Shown here: positions 48,541 through 56,623 of the stretch, piece by piece
How the letters are laid out: each line of letters starts with the position of its first letter
Numbering within the stretch: the stretch's first letter is position 1
Source: Candidatus Heimdallarchaeum aukensis
GTDB taxonomy: Archaea > Asgardarchaeota > Heimdallarchaeia > Heimdallarchaeales > Heimdallarchaeaceae
Length of the DNA: 64,000 nt
Reading direction: 5' to 3'
Assembly: GCA_021513695.1 (NCBI GenBank)
Contig: CP084166.1
Location: 2,496,001-2,560,000 of the forward strand
Translations under genes and position numbers: made by a program
Notes under the pieces: model-generated
Databases searched by the model: none
What the model was told of the DNA's origin: nothing
What the model saw: the letters and a program-made list of their open reading frames with translations, nothing else

Positions 48541-48812
48541 ACTTTTTTATTTTCATTTTCCTATTAAAGTTTTCCTCTATACTGGAAAAAAAGAGTTATT
48601 TTTTCCCCCTTATGCCGTGAAATGTGTTTTACAAAAGAGCTTGGAGAAATTTGTAGTTAATATTATCAATCTTTCTGAGCTGAATAGTATTCATATAATT
48701 TAAAAAAGCTTAATAGTAGTATATCTCCAATTTCAATTAATACATCATCAGCTATTGTAGCAATTCTTTGTGCTTTTAATTAAATAAAATTATATAGTGA
48801 AATTATAAACTA

Positions 48813-49394
48813 TTGACAATGAGTTCTTATTATTTGGTGAACGAGAAGGAGTTCATATATATTCTTGCTTTTCTTTATAAATACCTAAAGAGGAGTAAAG
48901 AGTTTATCAATAGTATTTTTTTTCAGAAAGCAATATTTTTCCTTTCAAGAGATTTTCATGTTTTAGAAGAAAAATTAGTATTTCGTCCTCACAGATTTGG
49001 TCCTCACAGTTATAAACTAGAAAAGGTACTTGATTTACTGATTAATGAGGAAATTTTAAAAGAGAAAATTCAGGAAAAAGATAAAATATTTTTTCTCACT
49101 GAATATGGGAAAAGACTTGGTAAAGAAGCTTTTGATTTACTAACTGAAAAAGAACAAAATGTAATTGATTGGATAGTTGATCAACTAGTTGGGCTTACTT
49201 TAGATGAATTGCTTGCTCTTGTATACTATACGTATGAATATATGACAGTAAACTCTGAAATAAAAAAAGAGATTGATTCAAAGCGAAAAAAATTGGCGTT
49301 ATCATTGTTTCGGAAAGAGAAAATAACTTTTGAAAGAGCATCTGAGATTGCTGGAGTTTCAAAAGATGGGTTCAAAAAAATAATTAAGAACTGA
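48813..49394 (+). CDS. hypothetical protein, possibly Panacea/SocA (DUF4065)-like antitoxin domain with C-terminal HTH-like tail (start TTG 48813 or ATG 48819)
   Basis: 'FFQKAIFFLSRD...FRPHRFGPHSYKLEKVLDLL' resembles the DUF4065 core (QK..Y.....GP). The C-terminal 'ITFERASEIAGVSKDGFKKII' is HTH-like. Confidence 0.35.
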   Translation: MTMSSYYLVNEKEFIYILAFLYKYLKRSKEFINSIFFQKAIFFLSRDFHVLEEKLVFRPHRFGPHSYKLEKVLDLLINEEILKEKIQEKDKIFFLTEYGKRLGKEAFDLLTEKEQNVIDWIVDQLVGLTLDELLALVYYTYEYMTVNSEIKKEIDSKRKKLALSLFRKEKITFERASEIAGVSKDGFKKIIKN

Positions 49395-49536
49395 GGATTT
49401 ATTATTTATTTATAACATTGTTATCATTAATTAGAACTAAGACACTTGTAAAAAATGAAATCTTCAATATATACTTTTGGAAGGGACATTTTGTTATGGT
49501 TGTTTTTTATATTTTTAATAGATTTAATTTAATGTA

Positions 49537-50265
49537 CTACAATATTACAGCTGACTCTTTGAAATCTATGCTTTCTTCAAAACAAGTTTTTATAAATTTG
49601 ATAATCTTTTTTAAAGACATATTTGGTAACTCGCTGTGAGTGCAGTTTACTTTATAGACGAGTATATTATCCGCTAAACTTATCGTTGGATAATATTTGC
49701 TGTAGTCCTCTGATAAATTAATCATAAACGGAATTTTCAATTCTCTACATCTTACTATTACTCTCTCTAAAGTTGTTCCTGGATCCAAGAGAATTATACA
49801 GCTTATTTTTTCCATCAATTCTTTTTCATTCATCACTTTTTCTATTGTTATTTTTCCACCAAAAGAATAACCGATCAAAACTATTTTTGTGCTATCACTA
49901 ATTTTTTTTAACACATATTTCAGCTGTTCAATGTATTTTTTTCCTGTTTTGTCTATATTATGCAAATGTGGAGTGAGGTTAACTAGTCCCCAACCATTTT
50001 CTGCAAAACTCTTAAAATACAAGTACTTTGACGAAGAATGCATTTCTCCCTCTTTTACTAAATTATATGACCAAAAGGCTACTTTTTCAGGTATGCCTGG
50101 TAATATTACTCCAACTACTTTTGCTTTTTCAAAATTATTACTCGTTATTATATAATAATTTACTTTATTTTCATCAAATTGTTCTTTTATTGTTGTGACT
50201 TTCAGTTCTTTCATCATTCTTTTTGTTTCATAATGTTCAAAGCTATTGATTACTTCTATATTCAT
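49537..50265 (-). CDS. alpha/beta-fold hydrolase
   Basis: Nucleophile elbow 'LIGYSFGGK' (GxSxG). Size is typical for the fold. Confidence 0.6.
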   Translation of the reverse strand: MNIEVINSFEHYETKRMMKELKVTTIKEQFDENKVNYYIITSNNFEKAKVVGVILPGIPEKVAFWSYNLVKEGEMHSSSKYLYFKSFAENGWGLVNLTPHLHNIDKTGKKYIEQLKYVLKKISDSTKIVLIGYSFGGKITIEKVMNEKELMEKISCIILLDPGTTLERVIVRCRELKIPFMINLSEDYSKYYPTISLADNILVYKVNCTHSELPNMSLKKIIKFIKTCFEESIDFKESAVIL

Positions 50266-50805
50266 ATAACACTACAAAGTTACTTAACTTGTTAAAAGGC
50301 TTATGATTCTATGATAACATATTTGTTTCTGAAACACTTGATATCTGTTTCTATTTACCTGATGACATAACTACATCAAAAGTAATGTATCATAATATTG
50401 TATTTATTATTACTATTATGCTTTTGAGTTCGAGAAAAAGGATGAAGAACAATTGCTATTTTTATTCTCTCGATTTTTCAGTAACTGTTTCTCGCCCTCT
50501 CACTTAATAATTTGCCGAAAATCAAGGAAAAGTTAATGTGGACAAATTATTGAATTCAAAGAATTTTGATTTAACTTTTTTGCAATTTCTTCATATGTAT
50601 AATTCGGTAAAAACGAATGATAAAGGAAGAGAGACTCTAACTTTTATTATAGGATAATTTTCTTCTTAACTTGATGGTGAAAAAAACAGAAAAAGAGATA
50701 ATAGCTATTAATTGGAGGTACAGTTATAATATTTTTATCATAGAGAGTAAAAATAGTTGAAAAAGAATCGTTTTCATGTATACTTATAAAGATTGCTAGC
50801 AAAAA

Positions 50806-50915
50806 TAGTACTTCCGAATTATCTCAAAAAGTATGAATTGAGAACACGCCAATGATAGTATGAACTCCTATAATTTTAACCTATAGAAATCAGTCAACTT
50901 ATTGCGGAAGTACTA
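50806..50915. mobile_element. 110-bp MITE (copy 2), inverted relative to copy 1
   Basis: Same termini as copy 1. Flanking direct repeat CAAAAA (50800-50805 and 50916-50921). It matches the reverse complement of 26608-26717 at 110/110 positions by my base-by-base comparison. Confidence 0.85.
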
Positions 50916-51039
50916 CAAAAAATAAAAAATTACTTTTATTGATACTAAGATAGTATGATTTGATAATTCAAGTTGTTTATTAGCTCATTGTTGGTTTATA
51001 ACCAAAGATTTTAAGGTAAATAGGGAAGATTAGAAAACA

Positions 51040-51810
51040 ATGTCTTATAACTTTGAAAAATACCTATGCCGTTTTAATATATATCTGAAACAATGGTATA
51101 ACACTGATAGTGAGTTAGTGAAAAAAAATCTTCGATTAAAAGAAGGGCATACAGAGCGAGTAATAGAAAATATTGTTGAATTATCTAATCTACTACATCT
51201 TTCTGAAAGACAGAAATTTTTAGCTGAAGTTATTGCATTATTTCACGATATCGCTCGATTTAAGCAGTTTTACTATTACAAGACTTTTGATGACAAAAAA
51301 TCCTTTGACCACGCTGAAGAAGGAGTGAAAATTATTAAGGAAAATGGTTTCTTGAATGGAATATCTGTTGATGATCAATATAGAATTCTTTCTTCTATTA
51401 AATATCATAATAAAAAGACTTTACCAATAATAAAGGATGATAATGAAAAGCTTTTAGCCCGTCTTATACGTGATGCTGACAAACTAGACATTTGGCGTAT
51501 TGTAGGAGATGAGTTAGAGAAAAAAGATGAACCTTCAATCTCTTTGGGTTATACAGGAAATAGCAAATTTAATCCTGAGATTGTTAAACTAATAAAAAAT
51601 GAAGAATCTGTAGATTACAAGCTAGTTCGCTCAACATTAGATTTCAAGCTTGTAACTCTTGGGTGGATATATGATATTAATTTTAGAGAGACTTTTTTTC
51701 TTATTCGCAAAAATAAAGTGTTAGATCCAATACTCAATTCATTACCAGAAATTCCTGAAGTTTTGAGTATAAAAAAAACTGTAGAAGATTATGTTAGTAA
51801 ATTGGCTTAG
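51040..51810 (+). CDS. HD-domain metal-dependent phosphohydrolase
   Basis: 'GHTERV' ... 'ALFHDIARF' ... 'IRDADKLD' gives the H...HD...D pattern. Confidence 0.7.
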   Translation: MSYNFEKYLCRFNIYLKQWYNTDSELVKKNLRLKEGHTERVIENIVELSNLLHLSERQKFLAEVIALFHDIARFKQFYYYKTFDDKKSFDHAEEGVKIIKENGFLNGISVDDQYRILSSIKYHNKKTLPIIKDDNEKLLARLIRDADKLDIWRIVGDELEKKDEPSISLGYTGNSKFNPEIVKLIKNEESVDYKLVRSTLDFKLVTLGWIYDINFRETFFLIRKNKVLDPILNSLPEIPEVLSIKKTVEDYVSKLA

Positions 51811-51960
51811 ATTAGTTTCTCTTTTTTATTTTTTATTATTCTATTCTAATCGTTGTAATTAAGTTTCCTTTCCAATTTTTTGATGCCAATAATATTTAGC
51901 ATGTTAAGAAGTCAAATAGGACTTACAATAATAAAATGAAAGAAAAAATAGCAAGTGTAT

Positions 51961-53925
51961 TCAATATTTTCTTTTTCTTTTTAGTATTGAAATTGGTATA
52001 AGGATTACTGTACTAGTAAACATGAATGAATTTAACGTTAATGACTTTGTTGCTGTTTTCGTAAGTTCTGATTGGTGATAACCTGCTAGTTCCATCCACT
52101 TCCAAGCAGTAGCTAGATCGTGGTTGTACTTGATAATGTCATTATAATACCAGTATGCTTGTGCTGGGTAAATAACGCTGTGGGATATGAAGTAATCTCC
52201 ATCATGAAGAACATTGTTGATCTCTTCTCTGTTGATTGCGTATGCAATAGCTTTTCTGACAGCGAGAGCTTTTGTATATTCCTTATATCCTGGTTCAGTT
52301 AAGAAAACATGATTGTCGTCTCCACCGATGAAAGCTCTACTAAGGTTGAATCCTATGAAGTTAACATAGCTTCTTAGAGCTGATTGAACTTCAAATCTTG
52401 GATCAGTTTCCATCTCCTTTCTTATTTTTGGTAATGTAGTTATATGCACGATATCGAGTTTTCCTGCTTCAAATTCTGCTAATGCGGATGTTTGATCTGG
52501 AATAACACGAATATTAATGGTTTTAATGTCTAGGTCTTGTTCTGTTCCATCAATGGCCCCAATACCAAACCAGAATGGTGAAGCTTTCAAGACAGTAACT
52601 GAATTCTCTACATAATAGTCCAGCATGTACTTACCGCAGCCAAATGCAGAAGTACTGTATGCTGTCCATTGAGAATTGTTTAAGATGCCATTATGGATAC
52701 CAACCATTGGTACTCCACCAGAAGAGTAGGTGACAGTTGTATTACTGGTGTTCAAGAAGAATTCTGGCAAAAGTTTTGGTGTCATATATTTCCAGAAAGG
52801 AGCGTAGGGTTCAAGTTCTGTTGTTGTAGGGTCTCCGTCTATTTCTATCCAGAAGGATAGCGGGTCTGAAGGGTCAACCCATATGTCATTAATCCAATTG
52901 TAGTCCTCTGCGTCGTGATTGGTGATTGGATTAGCCCATGCAAGTAAGGTGAAAACAGCATCCTTAGCTGTCACCTGTTGATTTGTACCGTCACTGAATG
53001 CTCCATCATCAGCGTATATGAGTATGGAAGGGTCTACAATAGTACCGTTTTCATCAACAAGAGGACCACGACTACTATCACGTCCTGTGATATGAAAAGA
53101 TGGGTTCCAATAAATATTATCTCTGATTGTGATTTTGTAGAGATTGGGGTTGGTTTCATCTTGTTGCCAATCAACGATTAAACCAGTTTTTATAGGTTCA
53201 AAGCCAGGAGACATCTGCAGTAACGGTTCCATAATTAATGATGAGATGTAGGCGCTTGCTTCATCATCTTGTAACAACGGGTTCAATTCTGTCCATTTAT
53301 TATCAGAATCATAGAATTCTTCTGTTGAATTTTGACCTTCGTGTAAGGATGTGAACTCCATGTAAGGTAATGAATCAACTATACCCCACTCACTGTTATA
53401 TCCGTCTAATGTTGCCCAAGTAGCAACATATGAACGAGGACTGAAGAAAGGCAACATTGGCAAGATTTTGTCCATAATTAACTGTTGCCATTCATAGTAA
53501 TGTTGTTGTCTTTCTTCAAGATCCATTATGCGGTCTCCTTCTTCCAGCATTTCTTCATTTTCTGCGCCATAGGGAATTTTTGTATTAATTCCAAACATGT
53601 TGCGAGAGCCATTTTCACTAAAGACTTCTTTTAAATCAAGATCTTCATATCCCGCTAAATCTGCAAAAGCGAGATCACAATCATATGTTTCTGTTATTGT
53701 TCCAAAGAAGATATGAAATTCTGCGGGTTTTAAGTTTACTTTAATACCAATTTCTTTTAGATATTGGACACAGTAGAGCCAATAGTCTGTACTAAATTCT
53801 CCACCTTTTGTTTGATAATCTAATTCAAAAAAATAATTTTGGATTGATGTTTCGTTTTCACCAGAAATAGTAACAGTAAGAAATAATGTGGTAATCAGAA
53901 AAGAAAATAACACTTTTTTATTCAT
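51961..53925 (-). CDS. ABC transporter substrate-binding protein (family 5, oligopeptide/dipeptide/nickel type) with signal peptide and C-terminal TM anchor
   Basis: N-terminal hydrophobic 'VLFSFLITTLFLTVTISG'. C-terminal 'FMFTSTVILIPISILKRKRKY'. Size and overall composition are typical of family-5 SBPs. The family call is from general resemblance only. Confidence 0.6.
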   Translation of the reverse strand: MNKKVLFSFLITTLFLTVTISGENETSIQNYFFELDYQTKGGEFSTDYWLYCVQYLKEIGIKVNLKPAEFHIFFGTITETYDCDLAFADLAGYEDLDLKEVFSENGSRNMFGINTKIPYGAENEEMLEEGDRIMDLEERQQHYYEWQQLIMDKILPMLPFFSPRSYVATWATLDGYNSEWGIVDSLPYMEFTSLHEGQNSTEEFYDSDNKWTELNPLLQDDEASAYISSLIMEPLLQMSPGFEPIKTGLIVDWQQDETNPNLYKITIRDNIYWNPSFHITGRDSSRGPLVDENGTIVDPSILIYADDGAFSDGTNQQVTAKDAVFTLLAWANPITNHDAEDYNWINDIWVDPSDPLSFWIEIDGDPTTTELEPYAPFWKYMTPKLLPEFFLNTSNTTVTYSSGGVPMVGIHNGILNNSQWTAYSTSAFGCGKYMLDYYVENSVTVLKASPFWFGIGAIDGTEQDLDIKTINIRVIPDQTSALAEFEAGKLDIVHITTLPKIRKEMETDPRFEVQSALRSYVNFIGFNLSRAFIGGDDNHVFLTEPGYKEYTKALAVRKAIAYAINREEINNVLHDGDYFISHSVIYPAQAYWYYNDIIKYNHDLATAWKWMELAGYHQSELTKTATKSLTLNSFMFTSTVILIPISILKRKRKY

Positions 53926-54035
53926 TTCTCCTACTTCGCTTTTTTAAGTGGAAATTGAAAGAACATTTCTTTCATTTAATCACTGATAGTAACTTAAAAT
54001 CATGTTCATACACTTAAAAAAATTTCTGCTTTAAC

Positions 54036-55253
54036 TAGTACTTCCGAATTATCGTAAAAGTTATGGGTTGAAAGCCCGACAATAATAATATGAAACACTG
54101 TAACTTCAACCTATTAAAATCGGTCAAAAGTTTTTTAGAAAAACGCTTTCAACCCACAAGAGAAGATAGGAAAACAAGTATAAAAGTTTGTCACTGGATA
54201 AGAAAGATGGATTTTCCGCACAAAGGACAGAGGAAAAGAGGGGAAACAAAAGAAGAGGTTAAGAAGACTGTCATGGGGGCAGTGGTGGAACAAACATCTA
54301 TCGAGCAGTCAGCTGAACAATTTTCGACTAAAGACGGAGATACAATACGTTATCACTTGAACAAATTGGATATAAACGGCATATCAGAGGTTTTCATCTC
54401 TTCATTTCAGAAGTGTGGGGAACTATTGAAAAGAAAGAAGAAAATAAAGAGGCCATTAATACTAGCAGTAGACACGATGGACATACGATATTATGGGAAA
54501 AGAAGAGATGAGTATATTCACCAGTATAAAAATGAATGGTTTTATCGATATATCACGGTTTCAACAGTCAAATCACCTTATGGTGCTCTTCCTTTAGGTG
54601 CATTTCCCGTGTCAACTTTTGATTCTAAGGAGGGACTATTAGAATCGCTCTTCAACAAGTTTAGTCTTAAAAACAGGAGCATAAAGGTGTTGTATGCAGA
54701 TAGAGGTTTCTATTCTGTTGAAGTAGTGAAACTACTACAAGCCTACACTATTCCTTTTGTCATTGGGGCACGAGAAAACAAGAAGATTAGGTCATACCTG
54801 GAAAACTTTCCTAAAACAGGTAAAATAACTTCTGTTCCTTACACTATGAAAAGTGGGCAAGGTGAAACTACAGAAGTTATGTTGCATGCTTATTGGCTCC
54901 CAAAGCGGAAAGACTGGTTTGTGTGTATCAGTTGGCATATTTCTTCAGAGCAACAGATCTACGATTATTGTCATCGGTGGAGTATAGAGACATCCTACCG
55001 TCTTCTCAAGAGTATTAGTGTTTCTACAACTACCAATAATGCCACCGTCAGGTTCTTGTATCTTTGTTTTTCTCTTCTCGTCCTCGGTTTATATGTCTGT
55101 TTTCGCTCTTCTGTTATCCCTCCTTTTTTCACTCCCCCGTCTAACAAACCTTTGTTGAAACGCTCAAGACCTGTTACGCTCTATTTCACCTTGAGGTGTT
55201 TACGCTCAAGTTTGTATGGAGGTGAGATAGTCTAAGTTATTGCGGAAGTACTA
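54036..55253 (+). mobile_element. IS4/ISH3-superfamily insertion sequence (1218 bp), parent type of the MITEs
   Basis: Termini TAGTACTTCCGAATTA... and ...TTATTGCGGAAGTACTA. 6-bp direct repeat TTTAAC (54030-54035 and 55254-55259). Confidence 0.9.
54090..55235 (+). CDS. DDE transposase with Y(2)R(3)E(6)K signature (IS4-related)
   Basis: 'LAVDTMDIRYYG' (D), 'LYADRGFYS' (D) and 'YCHRWSIETSYRLLK' (YREK). Confidence 0.85.
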   Translation: MKHCNFNLLKSVKSFLEKRFQPTREDRKTSIKVCHWIRKMDFPHKGQRKRGETKEEVKKTVMGAVVEQTSIEQSAEQFSTKDGDTIRYHLNKLDINGISEVFISSFQKCGELLKRKKKIKRPLILAVDTMDIRYYGKRRDEYIHQYKNEWFYRYITVSTVKSPYGALPLGAFPVSTFDSKEGLLESLFNKFSLKNRSIKVLYADRGFYSVEVVKLLQAYTIPFVIGARENKKIRSYLENFPKTGKITSVPYTMKSGQGETTEVMLHAYWLPKRKDWFVCISWHISSEQQIYDYCHRWSIETSYRLLKSISVSTTTNNATVRFLYLCFSLLVLGLYVCFRSSVIPPFFTPPSNKPLLKRSRPVTLYFTLRCLRSSLYGGEIV

Positions 55254-55491
55254 TTTAACTGTTAAATTAAAGTTTATAGATAACTAAATCTCATTTTTTG
55301 TCACTCGTAGGTATAACTCAATTTTGCTAAGTAAAAGCGAAAAAAGTTTACACAAATTTGGAGGGATATTTCTTAATTTAGAAATTGATTAAAGCTTCAA
55401 TATTTACGTAAATATATTGTAGATTTGAATGATAGAACAGCTAAACTTTTCCTTTTTTCCAGAATCTTATTTTTTTCTACAATTAATGAGG

Positions 55492-55923
55492 TTAGACTTC
55501 TTTTTCCTTCTTTCTTAGAAACTCGACGATAGAATCACATATTATCGTGAAATCTTCCAGATCTTCTTTTAATAATTCAAAAACAAGTTCGTCATTTATT
55601 TTTCCATATCTGTGTTCAAGGATATTCCTAAAACTTTTCATTTTTCTAATTTTCTCTATTATTTCTTTGTCTAGTATCTTATTCTTTTCTATATTATCAA
55701 TAACACTTGATTCTCCGTCAGGAATACCTAGCTTCAAATCTGCATTTATTATTGCTAAAATATCTAAAACCAGTTCTATACTATATTCTAAACGCTTATA
55801 AATTCCATCTTTTATTAACCCTAAATTCAAAAACCCTTCTAAATCTGTGGGTAAATGGTTTGAAATAAGTTCTAGATTTTCTTCAATCTCTTCTAGTTTT
55901 GCTACAATTATGTCATTTCTCAA
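55492..55923 (-). CDS. hepT: HEPN/DUF86 toxin (HepT-like); TTG start
   Basis: 'SFRNILEHRYGKIN' is the RxxxxH(xY) motif. Located immediately downstream of the MNT gene. Confidence 0.75.
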   Translation of the reverse strand: MRNDIIVAKLEEIEENLELISNHLPTDLEGFLNLGLIKDGIYKRLEYSIELVLDILAIINADLKLGIPDGESSVIDNIEKNKILDKEIIEKIRKMKSFRNILEHRYGKINDELVFELLKEDLEDFTIICDSIVEFLRKKEKEV

Positions 55924-56299
55924 CTAAAACTCTCCTCACGTAATCTTCTCTATATTTTCTAAATCTTTCATAGTCCTTAATAGTTTTGTAGGCAATTTCA
56001 TAAAGTTCTTTGGTTTCGTATAAAACCTTTCCTTTTAAAACCTCTTTTTTTACAGCTAAAGGTAGTGTTTAATAAATTTGGATATCAAACTTTTCCGGTA
56101 GTTCTGCCAAATATTCTACTCTTTTTTTTATTGAAGTTCTTTCATCAATTCCTTCTCTGGTTACTAACGCAAGATCAATATCATTAAATCCGTAATTTTG
56201 TAAATAACTACCAAATAGGATAACTCCTACGACATCTCTATCCTTCTTGGCTTTTTCAACTATTTTTTGCAGATATTTATTAATAATATTTTCTTCCAT
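55913..56299 (-). pseudogene. mntA: minimal nucleotidyltransferase (MntA-like antitoxin) interrupted by an in-frame TAA at 56069-56071
   Basis: N-terminal 76 aa carry 'VILFGSY...FNDIDLALV' (GS...DxD). After the TAA the same frame continues for 51 codons ('TLPLAVKKEVLKGKVLYE...') to the TGA at 55913-55915, overlapping the hepT start by 11 nt as in intact MNT-HEPN operons. Confidence 0.7.
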
Positions 56300-56623
56300 T
56301 AATACTTAATAAAACAGTTGTTCCTTATATCTTTATTTATTTTTTATAGAAATTCAATTGAGTAGAGAAAAAATAGAACAAATAAATTTACATTATCTTT
56401 TTCTCAATTTTTATTTGTAATATTTTCCACTTTAGTCTTGTTTAGAGCAAATTTTTATTTCTAGTAATGCTTTTTTTTGAAAAAATTGACGTAAAACAAG
56501 TGTCCTACCTTTTCTTTTTTCCTGTTTCCTTCGATTTTTTATTTTTTACTGAACTCTGTTTGTATAATTTTATAAATGACTTTTGACCTATGTTGACTAT
56601 ATCAATAAAAATGGGGAAGTTTT

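Noticed and set aside
49418-49639. 73-aa ORF downstream of the Panacea-like gene as a candidate toxin.
   Set aside because: It overlaps the 3' end of the convergent hydrolase gene, has an unconvincing hydrophobic low-complexity sequence and has no recognisable motif.
14206-56071. TAA reassignment or programmed read-through as the explanation for the two in-frame TAA codons (14206-14208 and 56069-56071).
   Set aside because: TAA is used as the terminal stop of many well-delimited genes in this window, and both affected genes are small accessory genes. Simple nonsense mutation, or a sequencing error, is the more economical explanation.
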